Of a stretch of 64,000 bases of DNA, positions 19,343 to 26,974 are shown piece by piece. This DNA comes from a virus (lineage: Duplodnaviria > Caudoviricetes), in the IMG/VR virus record IMGVR_UViG_3300031673_000001. One strand, written 5' to 3'. The notes beneath the pieces were generated by a model. That model made no database searches, was not told the DNA's origin, and saw only the letters and a program-made list of their open reading frames with translations. Numbering within the stretch: position 1 is the first letter of the stretch; every line of letters begins with the position of its first letter. The translations under genes and the position numbers were made by a program.

Positions 19343-20205
19343 TGAACTTATGTGAATATGGTTGTGGACAAGAAGCAAAATATAAAACATCTAATAACAG
19401 ACAATGTTGCAGTCCTAAATTTAATTCTTGTCCAGGAATAAGAAAAAGAAATTCAGAAACAAATAAAATAAAACAGTCAGGAAAAAATAATCCAATGTAT
19501 GGAAGAGAACAAACTATAGAATCTAAACTAAAAAATAGTGAGTCAAATAAAAAAGTTTGGAAAGATAAATCATCAACTTTTAATAATCCTCAATATAGAA
19601 AGAAATTAAAAAAAGCTTTGATAGAAGCATCCAAAAAAAGAAAAAGAACTATTAAAATGCTAAAAGAAAAATATACGCTATTTTCAAAAATTGAAGAAAT
19701 GAGATATAATCCAGATAAACCAAAAGAAAAAGAAATTCAAGTTCATTGTAAAAATCATAATTGTTCAAATTCAAAAGAACAGGGAGGTTGGTTTACACCA
19801 ACAAATATTCAACTATATGAAAGAATAAGAAATGTAGAACACCACGGATTAGATAACTCTTATTACTATTGTTCTCAAAAATGTAAAAATGAATGTCCAT
19901 TATTTAATTTACATTCTGATCCATTTAAAAATAATGAAATACCATATACATCACAAGAGTATCAAACTTTTAGAAATTTCGTTCTTGAAAGAGATGATTA
20001 TAAATGTCAGTATTGTGAAGATTTAGCAACAGATGTTCACCACGAAAGATCACAAAAATTAGAACCATTTTTTGCGCTTGATCCTAATTTAGCTTGGAGT
20101 TGTTGTGAGAAATGTCATTATACAAAAGGTCATAAAGATGAATGTTCAACTGGAGCTTTAGCTAATAGAATTTGTACAGATGGAGTCAATAATGAATGCT
20201 CCTAA
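19342..20205 (+). CDS. HNH endonuclease with NUMOD3-like motif (free-standing homing endonuclease-like)
   Basis: GKNNPMYG..QT.ESK.K.S; VLERDDYKCQYC...DVHH......CEKCH. Confidence 0.75.
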   Translation: MNLCEYGCGQEAKYKTSNNRQCCSPKFNSCPGIRKRNSETNKIKQSGKNNPMYGREQTIESKLKNSESNKKVWKDKSSTFNNPQYRKKLKKALIEASKKRKRTIKMLKEKYTLFSKIEEMRYNPDKPKEKEIQVHCKNHNCSNSKEQGGWFTPTNIQLYERIRNVEHHGLDNSYYYCSQKCKNECPLFNLHSDPFKNNEIPYTSQEYQTFRNFVLERDDYKCQYCEDLATDVHHERSQKLEPFFALDPNLAWSCCEKCHYTKGHKDECSTGALANRICTDGVNNECS

Positions 20206-20707
20206 CTACAAACAAATTGACTTATTAAGAAAAGCAGGTTTAAGACCTGAGGTTGTTGCTTATATTATTAGAGATGGAGAATTTCTATTAACATATTCCA
20301 AAGAACATGATCTCTGGTTTGTTCCTCAAGGTGGAATTGATAATAAAGAAACACCTGAAAAAGCATTATATAGAGAGCTTGGAGAGGAACTAGGAATAAA
20401 ATTACAAAAAAGTTTATATGGAAAACCTGAGTTAATACATTTAGATAAAATAATGTTTACAAGTGGAATTGGAAGCAGAGACTTAAGAACTGACTCTGGA
20501 GAGTCTGTAGTTATGAAAGGTAAATACTATTTACATTATGTAGTTCAATCTACTATTCAAGAAATAGATGTTAGAGATACCGAGTTTGATAAATTAATTT
20601 GGGTAGGAAAAGAGAAACTATATATTGTTCCAAAAATTATAAATGTATCCACAAAGAAAAATCAATTTATAAATGTAATGCCTAAATTGGAAAAATATCT
20701 AACATAG
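20180..20707 (+). CDS. NUDIX hydrolase
   Basis: Nudix box GGIDNKETPEKALYRELGEELG; likely start ATG 20192. Confidence 0.85.
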   Translation: MESIMNAPNYKQIDLLRKAGLRPEVVAYIIRDGEFLLTYSKEHDLWFVPQGGIDNKETPEKALYRELGEELGIKLQKSLYGKPELIHLDKIMFTSGIGSRDLRTDSGESVVMKGKYYLHYVVQSTIQEIDVRDTEFDKLIWVGKEKLYIVPKIINVSTKKNQFINVMPKLEKYLT

Positions 20708-20717
20708 GAGGTCAATA

Positions 20718-21311
20718 ATGAGCGGTTTAGAAGCTTTATGTGGCGATTCAATCATTCCACCTGAAATGGATAACTATGAAGAAGATGTTGATAAATACAA
20801 TGATGTTGCTAGTTTTAGATATTCCGCTCTTGATATAATAAACTCTGTTGGATTAGAAAATTTTAAAGAACTATATATGGTTCAAATTGATGTTGTTAAA
20901 AATGAAACTCTACATGCACAAAGAACATTTCTTATTGAAATGCAACAAAAGATAAGCGAAATATATGACTGGGAATTTTCTGATGAGTGGGGATTAGTTG
21001 ATACTACATATCAACAAGAACAATTATATAAATTTATAGAATTTCTTGAATTTGATAACTATTTATTTCTATCTTATGTTTGGAAATTTTTACTTGATGA
21101 TCCTTTAAAACTTATGAAGCTTAATATTAAAGAATTCTGTAAATTAAATGAAATGAGGATTATTAAAGAAACAGAAGAACAATTAGAAATACATTCTCAA
21201 AATCAATTAGTTAATATATTTTTAAAAACTTTTTATAAAGAGAAGTATATTGAATGGTTTATAAAGAATACAAGCAAAAATAAAACCGTTATTATTACTG
21301 AAATTATGTAG
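20718..21311 (+). CDS. hypothetical protein
   Basis: 197 aa, GGAGG RBS. Confidence 0.65.
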   Translation: MSGLEALCGDSIIPPEMDNYEEDVDKYNDVASFRYSALDIINSVGLENFKELYMVQIDVVKNETLHAQRTFLIEMQQKISEIYDWEFSDEWGLVDTTYQQEQLYKFIEFLEFDNYLFLSYVWKFLLDDPLKLMKLNIKEFCKLNEMRIIKETEEQLEIHSQNQLVNIFLKTFYKEKYIEWFIKNTSKNKTVIITEIM

Positions 21312-21403
21312 TAAAATTTAAGTTTCTAACTGACTAAAATTTTTAGTTGATTTAAAATTTTTTTAGAACAAAAAAATAAACTGAATTGTGAGAGGAGAGA
21401 AGA

Positions 21404-21661
21404 ATGGCAGAACCTATAATTAAAATTACGAAAGGTAATGTTGTTATAACAGGACCTAAATCTGAATTAGTTGAAGTATCCGAAACCCATGATGGTATAG
21501 CATTTAACTTCAAACGTGGTTTACAGGTGTATCAAGTTGAACAGTTCATGCCGACTCATATAAAACAACTTATCAAAAATACAACTGACTCATTTGAAGG
21601 AAATAATATTATTATAGATTTGGATAATGCTAGAAAACCTGTTATGGTTGATGCTACCTAA
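21404..21661 (+). CDS. hypothetical protein
   Basis: 85 aa, GAGG RBS, preceded by AGAACAAAA motif. Confidence 0.65.
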   Translation: MAEPIIKITKGNVVITGPKSELVEVSETHDGIAFNFKRGLQVYQVEQFMPTHIKQLIKNTTDSFEGNNIIIDLDNARKPVMVDAT

Positions 21662-21679
21662 TTCATTTTAAAGAAAATG

Positions 21680-21694
21680 TCTATATATATTAAT
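21680..21694 (+). promoter_or_regulatory. promoter-like motif TCTATATATATTAAT (copy 3)
   Basis: exact match upstream of ncRNA unit 1. Confidence 0.6.
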
Positions 21695-21729
21695 AAGTGA
21701 TAATATATGATTTGACTTATTTTTTTCAA

Positions 21730-21830
21730 TTTCTGGGAGGACTTGATATAATTTCAGAACTGTGTAATTACAGTGCCATTAAGGGGATTAAATTCCCTGA
21801 CATTAAATTACATCTTCTGCTTCCCAGAAA
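21730..21830 (+). ncRNA. stem-loop RNA unit 1 (Y-RNA-like array)
   Basis: TTTCTGGGAG/TTCCCAGAAA outer stem, GAC-TT loop, GATATAATTT/AAATTACATC inner stem, TTTCAGAAC, two apical hairpins. Confidence 0.7.
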
Positions 21831-21847
21831 ACATTTAAGAAAAAACA

Positions 21848-21862
21848 TCTATATATATTAAT
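21848..21862 (+). promoter_or_regulatory. promoter-like motif TCTATATATATTAAT (copy 4)
   Basis: exact match; downstream leader (..ATTTGACTT..) resembles that of copy 3. Confidence 0.6.
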
Positions 21863-21895
21863 AGGTGTAATAAAAATTTGACTTGTATTTTTAGT

Positions 21896-22004
21896 TTCCA
21901 AGAAGACTTTATGTAATTTCAGAGCTGATTGGTTCAGCATCTTACTTGAAATGAGACGTGAGGGTTCGATTCCCTATTTTAGTTACATCTATTACTTCTT
22001 GGAA
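21896..22004 (+). ncRNA. stem-loop RNA unit 2 with tRNA-like D, anticodon and T arms
   Basis: TTCCAAGAAG/CTTCTTGGAA, ATGTAATT/AGTTACAT; GCTGA-TTGGT-TCAGC, TCTTA-CTTGAAA-TGAGA, AGGG-TTCGATT-CCCT; no acceptor stem. Confidence 0.75.
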
Positions 22005-22015
22005 TCATTTTTATT

Positions 22016-22089
22016 TGGGGACAATAAAGAGAATTAACTTAATACAAGCGTTGGCCCGCCCGGATTAAATTAGTTCTCTGTCCCCACCA
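22016..22089 (+). ncRNA. stem-loop RNA unit 3, acceptor-like stem ending ACCA
   Basis: GGGGACA/TGTCCCC + A + CCA; inner AGAGAATTAA/TTAGTTCTCT. Confidence 0.6.
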
Positions 22090-22094
22090 ATTTT

Positions 22095-22177
22095 AGATGA
22101 GAAGACTTTATGTAGTTTCAGAAAAAATACAATTGGCGTATTCACTATCTACATATTTTTAATAATACTTCTCATCT
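22095..22177 (+). ncRNA. stem-loop RNA unit 4
   Basis: AGATGAGAAG/CTTCTCATCT, TATGTAG/CTACATA, TTTCAGA, AATAC-AATTGGC-GTATT. Confidence 0.7.
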
Positions 22178-22184
22178 TTACTTT

Positions 22185-22248
22185 TTCAAAAGACTTTATG
22201 TAATTTCAGAACCGATTGAGTTAATGACTTACATATGCTTCTTTTGAA
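22185..22248 (+). ncRNA. stem-loop RNA unit 5
   Basis: TTCAAAAG/CTTTTGAA, TATGTAA/TTACATA, TTTCAGAAC. Confidence 0.65.
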
Positions 22249-22254
22249 TACATC

Positions 22255-22330
22255 TTGTGAGGACACTGGGTATAACAATTTCAATATCATTCGGGGATCA
22301 TTGTTAATTATACTGATATTGTCCTCACAA
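22255..22330 (+). ncRNA. stem-loop RNA unit 6
   Basis: 11-bp TTGTGAGGACA/TGTCCTCACAA, GTATAA/TTATAC, AACAAT/ATTGTT, variant TTTCAAT. Confidence 0.6.
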
Positions 22331-22335
22331 TCTTT

Positions 22336-22394
22336 AATGGACTGAGTGTGATTTCAGAACTCGCAGAGAAGTTTCAATTACACTCAACTCCATT
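22336..22394 (+). ncRNA. stem-loop RNA unit 7
   Basis: AATGGA/TCCATT, TGAGTGTGATT/AATTACACTCA, TTTCAGAAC; followed by T run. Confidence 0.65.
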
Positions 22395-22490
22395 TTTTTG
22401 AAAGGAAAGTAATGAAATTCCTTAAACCAAAAATATTAGATATCATTGCTTTACGTTGGTTGTTAAAAACTAAAATAAAGGAGAAGCTAA

Positions 22491-24014
22491 ATGCCAATAG
22501 GGGAACTGGGAATCATTGATTCGGGAATTTTACAATTCGCCCCGAAGGGAGCTTATTATGAAGAAAAGGATGAACAATATCAAGCAGTTAAAAACATGTG
22601 GATGCAATTATTAGATTACGACAGAACCTTATTCTCTTTAGTAATGTTATTAAATGGCACTGGTTTCTCTAAAGGAGCTATGAGTCACATCCTATTATCA
22701 AATAGTATAAAGAATGTGAATAATCTACCAGCAATTACAGATGGATTACCAGAAGAATTTGAAAAGGAGATTATTAGATATAATCTCTATAAAGAGAGAA
22801 CACCAAGAGCATTGAAAAATCTATTAATGTTGGCAGGGGAAGAAGGACATAAAAAAATAAATAATTCAAAAACCAGAAAAATTATTTTGGAGTTCATCTT
22901 CAATCGAGATAATAAAAGTCTTGATTATCTTGCTGTAAATTATAAGATTAAACTTCAAAAACTAATTAAACATGCTCTTGGAAAGCAAGATCTCTATAAA
23001 ATTTTAAATGGAAGCAATAGTGATACTATATTTAGAAAAAATATTGGCAGATACAATAATCATTCTTTTCCAGTTGTATGCCATATATTCAATAAACCTA
23101 TTCCTTCCGGAACTTTCTTTCCAATGATTCAAAAGTATTATGAACTCAAAGATGCAGCAAAAATTGGAAATCTTGTTGAATTTAGAAAGCATATGAAAGG
23201 TTTTCCAGAAAGAACCGTTATGGGAATGAGAAATTTATATAAACTTGATATTCCCATATCTGATATAAAGAATGATACCCAGAAATCAGAGAAAGATAAA
23301 ATTCAAGGAATAGCAGCAGCAAAACGAGCTGGTGCAAAGAAAGTAGATATTAATTATAAAAAACAAGATATCTATGATCTATTCAAGCTTCTATATTTTA
23401 AACTCAACACTAAAGATGAAGAGGATGTTGATAAAATAATAGAAGCAATGGATTATGTTACAGATAATATGATCAAACTTGATATTGGAGAGTGTATAGT
23501 TATTATGGATGCCTCTCATTCAATGTTTGGAAGTGAAGAAAGACCAATGCATCCATTTTTAACTGGACTGTGCATTATTGCAAACCTCGACAATGTAAAA
23601 GATATAATATATGTTGGAGGACAAGCAATTAAATTTTCAACAATTAATCCAGGAGTTATAATACCAAAGAATTATACAGATCTCTGGAGAGCATTAATTA
23701 AAGCAGTCTCAAAAGGTGTTGAAAATATAGTTATTATTTCTGATGGTTATGAAAATTCTATTAAAGGGATGTTCGGGCACGTATATAAGCATTTGAAGGA
23801 GACAGGATATAATTTTAAATTAACACATCTCAATCCTGTATTTTCAGCTGGATCCTTAACAGGAACCTCAATAAGATTAACAGAGGATGTTAGACCATTT
23901 CCAGTTGGAGATTATAAGTTTCTTGAAACTGAAATAATCTTTTCTAAACTTATCGAAGATAAAGATATGGTTAGAAAATTATTAATATCAAAATATAAAA
24001 GTCTGATTCAATGA
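22491..24014 (+). CDS. Ro60/TROVE-like protein with C-terminal vWA (MIDAS) domain
   Basis: 507 aa; helical basic N-terminal two-thirds; IMDASHSM (DxSxS), YTDL, IISDGYEN; the vWA call is firm, the TROVE call is inferred from size, architecture and adjacent RNAs. Confidence 0.6.
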   Translation: MPIGELGIIDSGILQFAPKGAYYEEKDEQYQAVKNMWMQLLDYDRTLFSLVMLLNGTGFSKGAMSHILLSNSIKNVNNLPAITDGLPEEFEKEIIRYNLYKERTPRALKNLLMLAGEEGHKKINNSKTRKIILEFIFNRDNKSLDYLAVNYKIKLQKLIKHALGKQDLYKILNGSNSDTIFRKNIGRYNNHSFPVVCHIFNKPIPSGTFFPMIQKYYELKDAAKIGNLVEFRKHMKGFPERTVMGMRNLYKLDIPISDIKNDTQKSEKDKIQGIAAAKRAGAKKVDINYKKQDIYDLFKLLYFKLNTKDEEDVDKIIEAMDYVTDNMIKLDIGECIVIMDASHSMFGSEERPMHPFLTGLCIIANLDNVKDIIYVGGQAIKFSTINPGVIIPKNYTDLWRALIKAVSKGVENIVIISDGYENSIKGMFGHVYKHLKETGYNFKLTHLNPVFSAGSLTGTSIRLTEDVRPFPVGDYKFLETEIIFSKLIEDKDMVRKLLISKYKSLIQ

Positions 24015-24023
24015 GGAGAACTT

Positions 24024-24992
24024 ATGTCAATTTTTAGAATATTAAAATTTTCAGATGAAGATATTGGAGCTGGAAGTATTCAGGGTGTAGATGAAATGAC
24101 AGTGGTGCCTCTCATTGGTGAAAATCTAGGTAATGTAGCAGAACCACTTTCATTAAAATTCAAACGAACGGATAGTTATGGTTCCATGGTATATGAAAAT
24201 ACAGATAAGGAACTATCCGGAATTATTCCTACAAACATAATGGTTAGAGGATTTAATGCTCAAGATCATGCAATGGCAGGTTCAGGAATAATTACAGCAA
24301 ATAAAACAACAAAATTCACTAATGCATGCTGTATTGAATCAGGTCAGGGAGGATATCTACAAGATAAAGGTAATGATTATGATATCTTACCAATTGAGCT
24401 TCGTAAAAATCTCTTACCATTAAAAATGAGAGACAAGAATAGATATGATAAATTATGGCCAGACATTTCAAAATGGTTAGCTGGCACAGGAGTTTCTAAA
24501 TCAATAATGCAGTCACATTTAAGATATTTCTATGATAATCCTCAAATAAAGGAATCTCTTGAAGAGTTTTCTGCTTCCTTTGAACCAGTATCTAATCAGA
24601 TTGGAGCTGTCATATTATTTAAAGACAAAGTTGTTGGAATAGAAATTATGCCAAGTGTTCAACATTGGGAAAGTTATTGGAAGTTATTAATTCGAGGATG
24701 TTACGGCGCCGAGTTATTGAGACTTAAAAAACTTGGCAAAATTAATTCATCTCTTAAACTACCAAAATTTAAGAAGGGTGATAAGGTGGAACATCTAGAA
24801 CTAATTGTTGATAATTTTTTACATGATATTAGAAAAGATATTTTACAAATAATAGATAATATTAAAATAAAAAATGCCTCAATATTAAATAAAATTGAGA
24901 ATTTTGAAACTATATTAATAGAAACAGATTCAGGTGGTGGGGATCTTATAACTCAAGATAAAAAACCTATATATCTTTCACTGGTTCTCTAA
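24024..24992 (+). CDS. ARPP-1 (DUF6569)-like protein
   Basis: MTVVPL, IP....VRG..AQDH, ACCIE..Q, FE.V.NQIGAVI......GIE..P pattern recalled for this family. Confidence 0.55.
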   Translation: MSIFRILKFSDEDIGAGSIQGVDEMTVVPLIGENLGNVAEPLSLKFKRTDSYGSMVYENTDKELSGIIPTNIMVRGFNAQDHAMAGSGIITANKTTKFTNACCIESGQGGYLQDKGNDYDILPIELRKNLLPLKMRDKNRYDKLWPDISKWLAGTGVSKSIMQSHLRYFYDNPQIKESLEEFSASFEPVSNQIGAVILFKDKVVGIEIMPSVQHWESYWKLLIRGCYGAELLRLKKLGKINSSLKLPKFKKGDKVEHLELIVDNFLHDIRKDILQIIDNIKIKNASILNKIENFETILIETDSGGGDLITQDKKPIYLSLVL

Positions 24993-24993
24993 T

Positions 24994-25164
24994 ATGAATC
25001 AGCAAGATCTTGAGCATTTAGTCAAAAAAGTAAGGAGAAGGTTGGTAGCAATTTTCCAAAATCCAGCAACATCTCCTAGCATTATTGTTAAAGTTGCAAA
25101 AATTTGTAGTATTAAGATTCCACTTGAAGTTGAAAAACATTATTATGGTTCTGACGAACCCTAA
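24994..25164 (+). CDS. small hypothetical protein (56 aa)
   Basis: MNQQDLEHLV...YYGSDEP read manually; not in ORF track. Confidence 0.45.
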   Translation: MNQQDLEHLVKKVRRRLVAIFQNPATSPSIIVKVAKICSIKIPLEVEKHYYGSDEP

Positions 25165-25172
25165 AAGATACT

Positions 25173-25289
25173 CGCCCCTGCTATTACGATAGCTTGTGGA
25201 AGATGCTTTTAGTTTTTGATCTTAGTTATTTAATTAACTAGGATTGAGACTAATAGTATCTTCCACAAGCTACCGTAATAGCAGGGGCG
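25173..25289 (+). repeat. long inverted repeat (about 55-bp arms)
   Basis: CGCCCCTGCTATTACG.TAGCTTGTGGAAGAT... / ...ATCTTCCACAAGCTA.CGTAATAGCAGGGGCG. Confidence 0.9.
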
Positions 25290-25343
25290 TATATATCACC
25301 TTACTTTTTGTTGTCTAAACTTTTTTTGATGAGAGGTTAATTA

Positions 25344-25961
25344 ATGGTAAAACTATCTTTAATTTCTGTTCCAGGGGATAGATATATGAGAAGAGTATCA
25401 GCAGAAAGATACATAGAGCAATTAGGAGCAGAAGTTTATCCCATTGCACTTATTAAGTTTCTATTAAATAAAAAAAGAATTATGAATTATTTCTCAAAAG
25501 CGGCAAGTAAAAATTTCAATCCAAAATTTAAATTTGACTTAAAAACAGATGAATGTAAAGAATGTCAACAAAAGAGAGACCAAGGAATGTTTTGTCGTCA
25601 GCATACATCAATTCAAAGAGTATTAAATGCTGATGAAGTAATGTATGATCTAGATACATATACCTACATATATCAAAATGAAATTTATCGAATGGTGGGA
25701 AATAAATTAGTTATTGTTTACTGTCCACATACAAAATTAATTTCAGGAGGAATTACAGATTCAAAAGTTAGAAAAATAAATCCTATAACAGTTGAAGATC
25801 CAGATTTAGAAGATCTTCCAGAATATAATAAAGTTCATAAATTTATATCATCACAATTATTAGATCGATATATGTCTTGCTGGTTTGATAATGAATTTTC
25901 AATTGTAACAATACCGATGGATAGAGATGGTCAAAATTGGTGCTTATTTCCAAACAGATAA
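25344..25961 (+). CDS. hypothetical protein with CxxC..C...H Zn-finger-like motif
   Basis: ECKECQQKRDQGMFCRQH. Confidence 0.6.
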   Translation: MVKLSLISVPGDRYMRRVSAERYIEQLGAEVYPIALIKFLLNKKRIMNYFSKAASKNFNPKFKFDLKTDECKECQQKRDQGMFCRQHTSIQRVLNADEVMYDLDTYTYIYQNEIYRMVGNKLVIVYCPHTKLISGGITDSKVRKINPITVEDPDLEDLPEYNKVHKFISSQLLDRYMSCWFDNEFSIVTIPMDRDGQNWCLFPNR

Positions 25962-25982
25962 AATTAAAAAGGAGAAAAACTA

Positions 25983-26945
25983 ATGAGTGGATTTGAAGAG
26001 TATGGTGATTTACAAGGTGTTGGTTTTCAAGGTCAATCAGAATCCGTACCACCAGAGGAAGAATTTTTCAAGAGCATTTATATTGCTGGAATTACAAGAA
26101 AGAATCATATTAATATAGAAGAAGTAGCAGGCAAATTACAAATTAGAGGATTACAGTATAATGTAGATGAAGTTAATATGGTTATTACTCATACAAAACC
26201 AATACTTGTTAGAGAACCAGAAAAGGGAACTAGAGATTTATATTCTTGTTTTTCATATAAAAATGGTGCTCCGCCATGGCATGGGACAACTAAACTTCAA
26301 GATGGTAGAGACAGACCTTGTCCAGCAACAGCACCTGAAAGAGCAGTTAATGATTTTTGTGCTCCATGTAAAGCACAAATTATTGTTGCAGGAATATGTT
26401 GTAAAACCAATGGTTCTCCAGTTGTTGATACAGAAGGAAAACCAGTATTTATATTCCTAAGAGGTAAAGGTGTAAAATATGGAAATATATCAGGTTATCT
26501 TGATGAAATGTATAAACTAGAACTGTCTCCTATATTTGAACCTGTTACAACTCAAAGTCAAGAGTTTGAAAAACAAGTCGTTAATAATAAACGTCATGTT
26601 ACCAGAATTACAATTGGACAATCAAATACAAGATATGGTGATAAAAATGTCTTTGTATTAGAAAAAGGTCCAGCATTAGATAAAGAATCTGTAATGAATA
26701 TATTAAAAGTTACAAAACAAACTTTAGAAAAGTTTAATGAGAAGTTTGACTGGTCAAGAAAACGTCAAGCGGTGGCACCCCCAGTAGATGGAGTTTTAAC
26801 AATGGATGCTCCTCCACCTGTATCTGATACTCCTCCAACTCAAACACAACCACAAACAACCCAAAAACAATTCACTCAACCTCCAGTTCAAAAAGAAGAA
26901 GATACCTCAGATAAGTCATTTAGCTTTGACAAAATTTCATTCTAG
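25983..26945 (+). CDS. hypothetical, possible ssDNA-binding protein
   Basis: 320 aa, Cys cluster, P/Q/T-rich linker, acidic-aromatic tail (DKSFSFDKISF); SSB role is inference. Confidence 0.4.
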   Translation: MSGFEEYGDLQGVGFQGQSESVPPEEEFFKSIYIAGITRKNHINIEEVAGKLQIRGLQYNVDEVNMVITHTKPILVREPEKGTRDLYSCFSYKNGAPPWHGTTKLQDGRDRPCPATAPERAVNDFCAPCKAQIIVAGICCKTNGSPVVDTEGKPVFIFLRGKGVKYGNISGYLDEMYKLELSPIFEPVTTQSQEFEKQVVNNKRHVTRITIGQSNTRYGDKNVFVLEKGPALDKESVMNILKVTKQTLEKFNEKFDWSRKRQAVAPPVDGVLTMDAPPPVSDTPPTQTQPQTTQKQFTQPPVQKEEDTSDKSFSFDKISF

Positions 26946-26974
26946 ATAGTTAATCTTTACTAAGGAGATGCTAA

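Noticed and set aside
21915-21990. Canonical tRNA-Ser(UGA) gene
   Set aside because: Acceptor positions do not pair, no CCA, no long variable arm; kept as tRNA-like ncRNA instead
21730-22394. CRISPR array interpretation of the AGACTTTATGTA..TTTCAGA repeats
   Set aside because: Spacing is irregular, repeats diverge and each pairs with its own downstream sequence; no cas genes in window
22412-22519. 35-codon frame MKFLKPKILDII... with a purine-rich RBS-like sequence
   Set aside because: Short, overlaps the Ro-like start, no motif; cannot support as a gene
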